From Acidimicrobiia bacterium (lineage in GTDB: Bacteria > Actinomycetota > Acidimicrobiia > Spongiisociales > ZC4RG35): a stretch of 64,000 nt of DNA. The stretch lies in NCBI GenBank assembly GCA_965261135.1, contig OZ253443.1:2597677-2661676 (forward strand), in the 5' to 3' direction. The notes beneath the pieces were generated by a model. It saw only the letters and a list, made by a program, of their open reading frames with translations. It ran no database searches and had not been told where the DNA came from. Below are positions 1 through 8,118 of this stretch, piece after piece (position 1 is the first letter of the stretch; the number at the start of each line of letters is the position of its first letter). The position numbers and the translations under genes were made by a program.

Positions 1-2
1 CG

Positions 3-563
3 ATCCACGGGGAGTTACTTCACCACCATCTCCGCCACTACAAGGACAACCCTCGCCCCTCGGTCCGGGAAACGTTTACTCTCCGCCTTGCCGGGCTACT
101 AGAGATGTTCCTCCACTACCACCTAAGATCGTGTCTTGGCAGTCCTATAGACAGGGTAGCCACTGTTCCATCCAGGCAGCGTGACGCTCCCTGGGCAATC
201 GTGAGTCGGCTCAGACGGTTCTCTGGCCAAACCAACCCCCTCGTCTACGATCATCGAACCAACGGGTACTCTGTCACCTCCGACCTCCAACACCTGAGGG
301 TCTTACTTCTAGACGACACCTTCACAAGTGGTCAGAGCCTGTTTCTAGCCCACCAGACCCTCCTCGAGGCTCAAGCGGTGGTTATAGGGTCCGTCGTACT
401 GGGTCGGCACGTAAGACCTGACTACGTAGCGAGCAAACCGATGCTCGGGTGCGTGAAATCAGCCAAGTGGCATCCCACGAAGTGCTGCCGATGCGCTGGC
501 ATTGTGTGCGACCCACCGTTGCGAAACACAGTAACTTCTCCAGCAGCCCTCTTCGATTACTAA
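3..563 (+). CDS. Phosphoribosyltransferase (ComF-like) protein, 5'-truncated by the window edge
   Basis: Frame open from base 3 (IHGELLHHHLRHYKD...); PRPP-binding motif VLLLDDTFTSGQS. Confidence 0.75.
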   Translation: MHGELLHHHLRHYKDNPRPSVRETFTLRLAGLLEMFLHYHLRSCLGSPIDRVATVPSRQRDAPWAIVSRLRRFSGQTNPLVYDHRTNGYSVTSDLQHLRVLLLDDTFTSGQSLFLAHQTLLEAQAVVIGSVVLGRHVRPDYVASKPMLGCVKSAKWHPTKCCRCAGIVCDPPLRNTVTSPAALFDY

Positions 564-1042
564 CTCAGACACGCGGGTAACCGATGCATTGCAGAAACCG
601 CCACCCAGAGCGTCGGCCCGCCGCGATAGTCCAATAGCATCACAATCCGTTACCCACCAAATGCTCTCCTGATGACAGATATTCCGCCGTCTTCACGCGA
701 AGACGCCAGGGCTCCACCCCAGGTAGAATCGTAATGCGGCATGCGCTATGACAGATATTGGGATAGTATCCGCCGCAACGGAGGGCACGCCGGGGTGTGA
801 GAGTGGTCTCGCTTGGTGCGGCTCTTGTGGGTGATCTGAAGTGGTAGGTTTGTGCAGGTGCCCAGCCTCCAGAAGGGCCGCGGTTCGGGCACAGACCTTT
901 TCTGCTGGGAAGGTCGTTGGTCTCATGTGGGGGGTTTTTCGGCAAGGACCAGGTTGTGGCCCCGGCCCACTCCCCGACACCGAACTGTGGCCCACATTTC
1001 CGGCGGGTGGGTGAGACGCTTTGAACCGTAGACGGGCTGATC

Positions 1043-1581
1043 TTAGGCGGTTAGTAGGGGGATGAGTTGTTCTTGGGGGGTGATGCCTCCGTGGTGTCCG
1101 ATCGCGTGGGGGTGGATGTGTTGGGGGAGGATGACGGTGTTGGGTGATGCTAGGAGCGCGGCGGTTGGGAACTGTTGTTTGAGTTCAGGGTGGGGGTCTC
1201 CTCCGCCCAGCCACTGCCTCAGTTGGTCAGCATCCACGTATAGGGCTTGGGTTCTTTCGCTGATGCGGTGTATCTGTTCGCTGGACCCACAGAACATGAG
1301 TGCTCGTCCGTCGCCCCAGTAGTCCAGTCCCCGGGTGAGATGTGAGCCGAGTCTGATCCTTCCCTCTGAAGGGATGTCGAGGTGTCCGTGGTCGGCTGTT
1401 CCGATCAGCGCGGTGTTGGAGGGGACAGATCGTGATAGGCGGTTCCAGAGGCGGGTTGTGTCTTTGAGGGCTGTGCGGTATTCCACCGAGTGTTGTCCGT
1501 GCATGTGGGCGGCTCTGTCCACTGGTGAGAGGTAGACCACTATCAAGGAGGGGGTGGTGCGATCCAACAGCAGATGTGAGC
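1043..1581 (-). pseudogene. Alkaline phosphatase/nucleotide pyrophosphatase family protein, C-terminal part (split by IS110)
   Basis: Metal-binding motifs DRAAH, GTADHGH, GHHGG; in frame with 2853-3420 once the IS is removed. Confidence 0.85.
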
Positions 1582-1583
1582 TC

Positions 1584-2612
1584 CTATGTCAAAATCTGGG
1601 CTGTTTTCGGGGGTTGGAGGTGGGTCCAGATGCGGTCTGAGATTCGTCGTTTGAGGACACGGATTGCTTCTCTGTGGGTCTTTCCTCGGGTGATGAGTTT
1701 TTGGTAGTAGTGGCGTCCTTCGGTGTCTTGGCGGGCGATCTGGGTGAGAGCGACGGTGTGGATGGCCCGGTTGATTTGGCGGTTCCCGCCGCGGTTGAGC
1801 CGGTGTCTCACCACTCGCCCGGAACTGGTTTCGAGGGGTGCGGTACCGTTGGCCATGGCGAATTTGTCTTTGGTGGGGTACCGGTGGGGGTTTCCGACCT
1901 CGGCGATGATGGTGGCGGCGACCAGCACACCGACCCCGTGGATGTCACGCAGGCGGGTTCCGGTTTGGTTGACCAGTTCTTCGATCTCTGCGGTGAGCTC
2001 TTTGATTTGGGTGTCGAGTTGGCGCAGGGTTCGGATGCGCTGTTTGGCGACCCGGGCTCTGGGGGTGGTGTCTCGCCATAGCAGTTTCATGGCTTGGTCG
2101 AGGCTCTTTTGGGTGGTGAGCCGGGGAATGTTGTGGTGGTAGCCGGGTCGGAGCTTGCCGAGGTCGGCGTGGAGCCGGTTGGCCTGCGCGGTGCGGTCTT
2201 CTACCAGTTCACGGCGGTATGTGACCAGCACCCGTAGACTTTCGGTGTCCTCCCAATACGTCGGAGCGGCTAGGGTGTGGTCTCGGAGAGCGATCCGGGC
2301 GATCACCAACGCGTCGACCTGATCGGTTTTGGTCTGGGTGCGGCCCCGGCGCCGGACCTGGGCGGTCAACTGGGGTGGCATCTCCCGAACGTCCAGACCG
2401 GCTGTGACAGCGGCCACCCCGAGCGGACGACCGTAGGTGCCGGACCCTTCAATCGCCACCCTGGCCACATTACAGTTCTGCGCCCAGCTGACCAGTTGAC
2501 GGTGACCTGGAGGGGTGTTAGCGATGGTCCGGTACTCCAAGGGCGTGCCCAGGTGGTCCACCAGACAGGCCGCGAGGGTATCCTTGTGCGAGTCGATCCC
2601 GATAACGAACAT
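1584..2612 (-). CDS. IS110-family transposase/recombinase (DEDD RuvC-like and Tnp domains)
   Basis: N-terminal IGIDSHK, AIEGSG, KTDQVDA (DEDD); GTAPLETSSG catalytic-serine motif; RGGNRQINRAI; GGAGG RBS. Confidence 0.95.
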   Translation of the reverse strand: MFVIGIDSHKDTLAACLVDHLGTPLEYRTIANTPPGHRQLVSWAQNCNVARVAIEGSGTYGRPLGVAAVTAGLDVREMPPQLTAQVRRRGRTQTKTDQVDALVIARIALRDHTLAAPTYWEDTESLRVLVTYRRELVEDRTAQANRLHADLGKLRPGYHHNIPRLTTQKSLDQAMKLLWRDTTPRARVAKQRIRTLRQLDTQIKELTAEIEELVNQTGTRLRDIHGVGVLVAATIIAEVGNPHRYPTKDKFAMANGTAPLETSSGRVVRHRLNRGGNRQINRAIHTVALTQIARQDTEGRHYYQKLITRGKTHREAIRVLKRRISDRIWTHLQPPKTAQILT

Positions 2613-2631
2613 GGTTCATCCTCCGATACTT

Positions 2632-2840
2632 TGGGGGTATTTTCGGGAGCGGCAGAGGCTCGGCGAAGCGCATCCATGCGTCGAAACAAACACCCCCGAA
2701 AGGGCGGCTTAGGTCACGCTCCTATCAAGCGACAACACCGAGCGGGCAACCGGTGGGGAGGCACTCACACCAACAGCCAACCTGTTTTGAGGTGCGCAAG
2801 GGTTCATGGAGCCATCTCCACCGGCACTGCCACACCCCCA
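2632..2840 (-). ncRNA. Predicted IS110 bridge RNA (target-binding and donor-binding loops)
   Basis: Two long hairpins with internal loops. Guides AACCCUUGC (2796-2804) and UGUGAGU (2763-2769) match the target; AUAGGAGCGUG (2715-2725) and ACGC (2678-2681) match the circle junction. RNA ends approximate. Confidence 0.8.
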
Positions 2841-2852
2841 CATATAACACGC

Positions 2853-3420
2853 ATGGGTTGATGTCGGACAGAGACGAGTATCCGTGTCGTTTCGCTCCCC
2901 GGTAGAGCATGTCGCTGAGGGGAGAGTCTCGAAAGAACGAGGAGGGATGAATCGTGACAGGTGTGACACCGGCGGCGGCGAGGCGTTCCCACAGGTTGGG
3001 GGTGGGCAGGAAACCGGTCGGGTCATAGTCCACCCGGTTCCCTTCTTCTATGTCTTCCCAGAACATCATGTTCACCACTTTCTGGAGGGTGGGTATCCAT
3101 TGGGTGAACCCGGTCACTCCATGCTGCATGGGTGCCATGGCGGTGGCTACCGAGGAGAGACTGACCACGGTCGTGGTGGGAAACGGCGCCCTCAGTACAG
3201 CCTTTTGGGATCGGCGCAGCCTAGCGGCGGTGGGATGCGCCAGTTGGTGGGCGCCGAGACCGTCGTTGATGACCAGGACGTAGTTGCGTTTGTGGGGAAT
3301 CAGTTCAGCCAGGTCAGCGCGTAGGCCTCGGGTGGGAGACCGACCCGTTAGCCGGGTCTCCAACTCGCCTACGAGGTTCACCAGGTTATCCCCCTCATAG
3401 GAAGGCACCAGGTGGTCCAT
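2853..3420 (-). pseudogene. Alkaline phosphatase/nucleotide pyrophosphatase family protein, N-terminal part (split by IS110)
   Basis: MDHLVPSYEG...VLVINDGLG...FPTTTVVSLSSVAT...HGVTG family motifs. Confidence 0.85.
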
Positions 3421-3422
3421 GG

Positions 3423-3686
3423 CTAGGGTATTTGAGACTTTACGAGGATGGGGTTTGCGGACCATCCGAGCAGTTTCCAGTGCCATGGGGTGTTGTAACC
3501 CACTTTGCACATGGCTTCTTGGATGATGCCTAGGGGCAGCAGCTTTATCGCTTCTATCACGGTGACCTTTTCACCTTGATAGAGCACGCCCGGTAGGTGG
3601 GTGTTCTGGTTTTCGCTGAGCCAAGCCTCAGCGAATGCGTCTACCAGGTCTTCCCTGGTGACAGACGGGAGTTCTGTTGTGGCCAT
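3423..3686 (-). CDS. Small hypothetical protein (87 aa), first gene of an operon with the phosphatase
   Basis: AAGGAG RBS before ATG 3686; stop lies 2 nt before the phosphatase ATG. Confidence 0.6.
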   Translation of the reverse strand: MATTELPSVTREDLVDAFAEAWLSENQNTHLPGVLYQGEKVTVIEAIKLLPLGIIQEAMCKVGYNTPWHWKLLGWSANPILVKSQIP

Positions 3687-4284
3687 GGGGATGTTCTCCT
3701 TGTTGTCGGTCCTATCAGCCGTTTCCTCGAGAGACCGCACAGGGGGCGCAGGGACGATCCCGACCTCTGGGGAGGCCGGGATCGTTGTGGTGCGCCGTTG
3801 TGTGTTCTCCTCTCGGCTGGCGAATGGACATTCTCTTGGCCCGGGATCCCGCTCGCTGTTGTGGGTTAGCGACGGGGCCAGGGCCTCTGCTATGAGAGAT
3901 GTACCGAGGTTGCCCGCGAACACGAAAAACTGTTTTCGGAAAACCGCACATCACCTGTGTCCGGTCGCCCCGGGGCGGGCGTCTCCTTCAGGCACTGGTG
4001 ATGTTGTTGGCCAGGGTGGTCGTGGTGGGACCAGCGGGCACACCCGTGTCACTCTGCAGGGGAATACCCGGTGGGAACGGCAGGAGGGCATATTATCGGC
4101 AGGGCGGTGGCAGGCGCCGGGCAATCCCCGCAAAACGAACCAGCCATCCCACCGGTCTGCCACCACCCGAACGCGAGAGCGAAGTTTCGCGGCGCAACCC
4201 CTGTCTTTTCTCGAACACATACCCAGCTAGAGACGACGGGTTTCACTTCTCATAGGTCATGGAAGTGGGTTAGGTTGACGGGTT

Positions 4285-4689
4285 GTGACGCGTGTGAACG
4301 GACTTCGGACAAGGCCCGAGAGTGTTGGCGGGTTGTTGTTGGATGGCTGCGACCCGTTTCGGGCCAGGGAAGCGGTTGCTTTCAGGAACTCTCGGGGTGA
4401 GCGGCGGGTGAGCTGGTGGGTTCATCGTGGGGAGTTGGATGCCCTCGGAGAGGAGGCTGACCGGTCGGGTTCGAGCATGAGCGGGGTGGTGCGGGAGTGG
4501 TGGCTGGAGGGTTTGCCGGTGTTGGTGGATGTTTCGGTGTTATCGGCGCCGGGAGGGGGTTGGAGGAGATTGGTTCATCATTTGCCCCGGTTTTTGCCCC
4601 GTGTTCGGGGTATTCCTCGTGGTGAGTGGGTGGAGTGGCCGTTGCCCGGTGGGGTGTTGGACTTGGAGGCGCTGGTTCCCGGGGGCTAG
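4285..4689 (+). CDS. Hypothetical protein with ribbon-helix-helix-like segment
   Basis: RRVSWWVHRGELDALGEEADRSGSSMSGVVREW fits the RHH strand-helix-helix pattern; start uncertain. Confidence 0.45.
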   Translation: MTRVNGLRTRPESVGGLLLDGCDPFRAREAVAFRNSRGERRVSWWVHRGELDALGEEADRSGSSMSGVVREWWLEGLPVLVDVSVLSAPGGGWRRLVHHLPRFLPRVRGIPRGEWVEWPLPGGVLDLEALVPGG

Positions 4690-4835
4690 CCGCCTGCCCG
4701 TTGGTGGCATGGTCGGGTGGCTCTACGGGTGTTACAGGTCGTGGCTGCAAGGGGGTGTGTTACAGGTTGTTTTGGTGGTTTCGGGTCGCGTGTAGGGTTT
4801 TAGGTCCGCGGTTGGGCGATGGTGTCTGTTACGTG

Positions 4836-7802
4836 TTACGCCTGTGTGTTGGGTAGTTTGATTCCCCGCCGCACTCTGGTGACTTTCCCGTTGACACGAA
4901 CCGTTTCCGACGGTCCGTACCTGCGGGTGAGGAGCTCTTGGAAACTCCGGCCCGGTAGGGGTTCGATGTTCTGGGTGTCACAGTAGCGGGTGTAGGAGAC
5001 TGTTAGCCGAGCAGTGGGTGTGACAGCGTCGGGGTCATCGGTGGCACAGTCGTTTACCCACCCCTGGAACGAGCTGGTTGGTGGCTGGTCGGTTGGTCCG
5101 GTTGGGTGGTTGCTATAGGAACCGGCGGACATGGTACCGCTGGTGGGCGACGGGCCGCTGCCGCTGTGCTGGTGTTGGGTGGTTTGTAGCCAGTGGGCGA
5201 TGCGGTCGGGGAGGGTGTCGTAGTGGTCGAGTCTTTTGTCTATGGGTTCCAGACCGGTGTTCTCCGCGATTTGTCGGCTGATGTCCTCGCCGTTGCGGGT
5301 TTTGAGGTGTGCCCAGGCGTGGTCGGCGTTGATACCTTTGAGTTGGAACGCCGGGGACGGTTCTCCGTTTTGGGTTACCTGACACAAAAAGTGCCATCTG
5401 GGCATTCCCAGCAGGTCCCGGCTGTCGACGGGTGACGGTCCGGGTTGGGGTTCTTGCGGCGTGCGGGCCACTCGTTGGGGTTGTCCGCCCATGGCTTTGG
5501 CTATGTATTCGGCGTCTTTGGGGTTCCCCAGCCTGCCTGCGAAGATGTGGGTGCGGTTAGCGGCGATGATCTCCCGCATGTTCGGGGACAACACCGACGG
5601 GGATTGGTTGATGAAATGCACCTTCGCTCCGTACTTCCGAAGTTCTTGCGTCATGACTTCGGCTTGTGCTTCCAACACCGGCGCGTAGGATTGGAACTCG
5701 TCCAGGAACAGATGAAACGGACGCACCGGCCGGTCGAGGTTGTGGGTGAGGCTCCTTTCCTTGAACGCGGCGATCATTTCTCCCACGATCAATCGTGCTA
5801 GGAGGTTGTCGGTCTCTGATCGGTCGTTGTTGAGTGTCACGAACAGGATCTTCCCTTCGTCGATGATGTCCCGCCATCTAAGGGTGGTCTGGCTGGCGCC
5901 CAACAGCGCCTGGACGCGGTCTTGGGTCTTCCACTGCTCCAGAGCGTTGAGAGCGGGTTTCAACGCCGCCGAGGTTGGACCCTTGCTACCGACGATCATG
6001 GGATAGGTGTGATGCCACCATTTCTGATCCCGGGCAGGTAGGCGGGATATGGCCAGGTTCCTCCACTCCTCGTCCAACAACACGTTCTCGATACAGAAGA
6101 TGTTGGCCTGCAACTCTGGGGGGAGGTGATAATTGAGAGAGAGGAGACACTCCAACGTTTTCCGGAGGATGGTGGCCGTCTGGGGAGATTTCCCGTCTGT
6201 GAAGTAGGTGGGGAACAGCGCCACCGGCAGCATGCCTTTGAGAGTGTCTATTCGACCTCTTCGCAGCTCCTCTGGCACAACGGTCAGGTCGAGGGGGTTC
6301 CAACCGGCCGATATGGGTGTTCCCAACCCGTCGGTGGCTTGGAGATCGATCTCCACGATCCGGTCGGCGTGACGACTCCCAAGAAACTGTTTGATGTACC
6401 GAACCGCGGTGCGGTGCGGGTCTAGGAAGAGAAACCCCCGCCCGGTTTCGGCCAAAGCTATAACTCGTGACACGGCGTGCCAGGTTTTCCCCGAACCGGT
6501 GGCTCCTACGGTCCAGTCCACCAACGGGTCGGTGGGACCACCCCACGGGACAGCGACCATCCGCTCGGCGCCGTTCTCGGACAGCACCCCGATCGGCATC
6601 CACCCTTCCGGCGCCTGAGAATAGAACGTTTCCAACACTGGAGGGTCGGGCCAACGCTTGCCCGTGGTGGACTTGCCGATACTGGGCGGCGGCGGCGCCA
6701 ACAACGCCGCCAGGCTATCCCAGTGGAAAGCGGGAAGGTCCCTGCCGACCGTGCCCCGTTCCCACATCTCATCGAACCTCTTGTCGGACACTTTCTGGGT
6801 CGCCAACCGGTTGTAGTCGGTGGCCCAATGGGTGTCCAACACCCGACAGACGCGATCGGCTACCCGTTCGCACTCTGTCCGATGACCCGGACCAGGGCGG
6901 GACACCCGCAACAACACCCGCACACCCTCCACCCGGCCACGGCGATCGTCGGTCTCCCACAACCCCCGGTCCGGGTCGTAATCGTCCAACCCCTCCAACC
7001 GCTCCTCACAAACCCTCGCCCGTTCGGACGGTGACAGAGCCACCACGTCCACCATCAACTGGACATCCACCTCCGGATGATCGGCCATGATGTCGCCGAT
7101 CGGGGCCATGGGATGATCAGGACCCCCCGCCGGGGCGTTCAACGGCCGCGCCAGCACTCGGGGTGCCAACAAGCGGCGGACCACCGCACCGCCACCCTCC
7201 CCCACAGCCACACCATCAGACACCTCCACCCGGCCGTCGAGCGGCCAAGGTTCGATAACGGTCTCGGGCCACGCCTCGGCCACGGCACGTTTCACGCTGC
7301 GTTCCACCTCCCGGTCAACCGACAAACCCCACACCAACTTCCCATCTCCCCCATGGGTCCACAACACCCGGGCCACCCGCCCAGAAACCGTGTCCAACCC
7401 TCCAACAAGACGCAACAGCCACGACCACAACTCCAACACCCCACCTCCCTTACCCCTCTTCGGGCCCATGCCTGGTCGACGACGACCACCACCGCGCACG
7501 GGCACCACCCCAAACACCGCCCGACCACCCGGATCCCAACCATCCCCCACCCGCTTCCCACCCGCACGGCCCGAACGACGCGCCCACCAACCCCACACCT
7601 TACGTGGGACAATCCACAACACCCACAACAACGCCAACCACCAAACCACCAAACGCACAATCTCCAAAATCCCACCAACCCTGTCCCGATGAGCCGCCCA
7701 CCACGGCTCCAACCAACCCACCCACAACACCACAACCACGATCACAGCCCCGAGAAGGCCACCACCCCGGGGGTGCCTGGAATCTTCTTTCTTCTGGTTC
7801 AT
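4836..7802 (-). CDS. TraD/VirD4-like type IV coupling ATPase with N-terminal TM helices and C-terminal D5-primase-like winged helix
   Basis: Two N-terminal hydrophobic helices; Walker A GATGSGKT; FLDPH, WNPLD; Walker B LFLDEFQ; INQS. Confidence 0.8.
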   Translation of the reverse strand: MNQKKEDSRHPRGGGLLGAVIVVVVLWVGWLEPWWAAHRDRVGGILEIVRLVVWWLALLWVLWIVPRKVWGWWARRSGRAGGKRVGDGWDPGGRAVFGVVPVRGGGRRRPGMGPKRGKGGGVLELWSWLLRLVGGLDTVSGRVARVLWTHGGDGKLVWGLSVDREVERSVKRAVAEAWPETVIEPWPLDGRVEVSDGVAVGEGGGAVVRRLLAPRVLARPLNAPAGGPDHPMAPIGDIMADHPEVDVQLMVDVVALSPSERARVCEERLEGLDDYDPDRGLWETDDRRGRVEGVRVLLRVSRPGPGHRTECERVADRVCRVLDTHWATDYNRLATQKVSDKRFDEMWERGTVGRDLPAFHWDSLAALLAPPPPSIGKSTTGKRWPDPPVLETFYSQAPEGWMPIGVLSENGAERMVAVPWGGPTDPLVDWTVGATGSGKTWHAVSRVIALAETGRGFLFLDPHRTAVRYIKQFLGSRHADRIVEIDLQATDGLGTPISAGWNPLDLTVVPEELRRGRIDTLKGMLPVALFPTYFTDGKSPQTATILRKTLECLLSLNYHLPPELQANIFCIENVLLDEEWRNLAISRLPARDQKWWHHTYPMIVGSKGPTSAALKPALNALEQWKTQDRVQALLGASQTTLRWRDIIDEGKILFVTLNNDRSETDNLLARLIVGEMIAAFKERSLTHNLDRPVRPFHLFLDEFQSYAPVLEAQAEVMTQELRKYGAKVHFINQSPSVLSPNMREIIAANRTHIFAGRLGNPKDAEYIAKAMGGQPQRVARTPQEPQPGPSPVDSRDLLGMPRWHFLCQVTQNGEPSPAFQLKGINADHAWAHLKTRNGEDISRQIAENTGLEPIDKRLDHYDTLPDRIAHWLQTTQHQHSGSGPSPTSGTMSAGSYSNHPTGPTDQPPTSSFQGWVNDCATDDPDAVTPTARLTVSYTRYCDTQNIEPLPGRSFQELLTRRYGPSETVRVNGKVTRVRRGIKLPNTQA

Positions 7803-7847
7803 ACGACTTGGGATCCTTTCATCGCTCAGGGCGTTGTGTGACAGGTG

Positions 7848-8118
7848 GTCGGTTGGGTTGTCTGGTGGGTTCGCATGGGTTGTTTCTGTCGTCTGGTCTT
7901 GAACAAATCGCCGAGGAGGTGCTCGGGTCTCGGGAAACTAACGTGTCGCCGGTGCAACGGACGTGCATTAGTGGCGCCGAGTCGGTTGGGTTGTCTTGTG
8001 GGTTCGCATGGGTTGTTTCTGTCGTCTGGTCTTGAACAAATCGCCGAGGAGGTGCTCGGGTCTCGGGAAGCTAACGTGTCGCCGGTGCAACGGACGTGCA
8101 TTAGTGGCGCCGAGTCGG
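7848..8118. repeat. Tandem direct repeat, 133-bp unit x2 (7848-7980, 7981-8113) plus a 5-bp partial copy
   Basis: Units differ at only two positions (tctggtgg/tcttgtgg; gaaactaa/gaagctaa). Confidence 0.95.

Larger units (their letters stand above)
1580..2852 (-). mobile_element. IS110-family insertion sequence, 1271 bp, GC core present at both junctions (1580-1581 and 2851-2852)
   Basis: IS110 recombinase plus ~240-bp 5' non-coding end; no terminal inverted repeats; deleting 1582-2852 restores the host ORF. Confidence 0.92.

Noticed and set aside
1582-1592. TTGACA at the IS right end forming a junction promoter with TATATG of the left end
   Set aside because: With the GC core the spacing is only 11 nt and the -10 is imperfect, so a canonical sigma-70 promoter is not supported
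1565-2855. Alternative IS110 cores (CAT, TG or TGTT shared by both junctions)
   Set aside because: CAT gives an out-of-frame empty site. TG and TGTT are in frame but do not reproduce the 11-nt donor guide match or the target-right guide; only GC satisfies all of these
2725-3510. 261-aa ORF as a complete gene
   Set aside because: It is the phosphatase N-half reading through into the IS left end, with a spurious upstream extension
7200-7760. A/C-rich tracts as DGR variable repeats or telomere-like repeats
   Set aside because: No reverse transcriptase, no template/variable repeat pair and no fixed period; the tract encodes the G/V/W-rich N-terminus on the opposite strand
7872-8015. CAACCCATGCG (minus strand) in each 133-bp unit matches the IS110 left junction
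   Set aside because: The right half (GAACC) does not fit the target-right guide TCACA; probably chance in A/C-skewed DNA
7848-8118. CRISPR array or coding repeat
   Set aside because: No unique spacers, unit far too long, no cas genes, and 133 is not a multiple of 3
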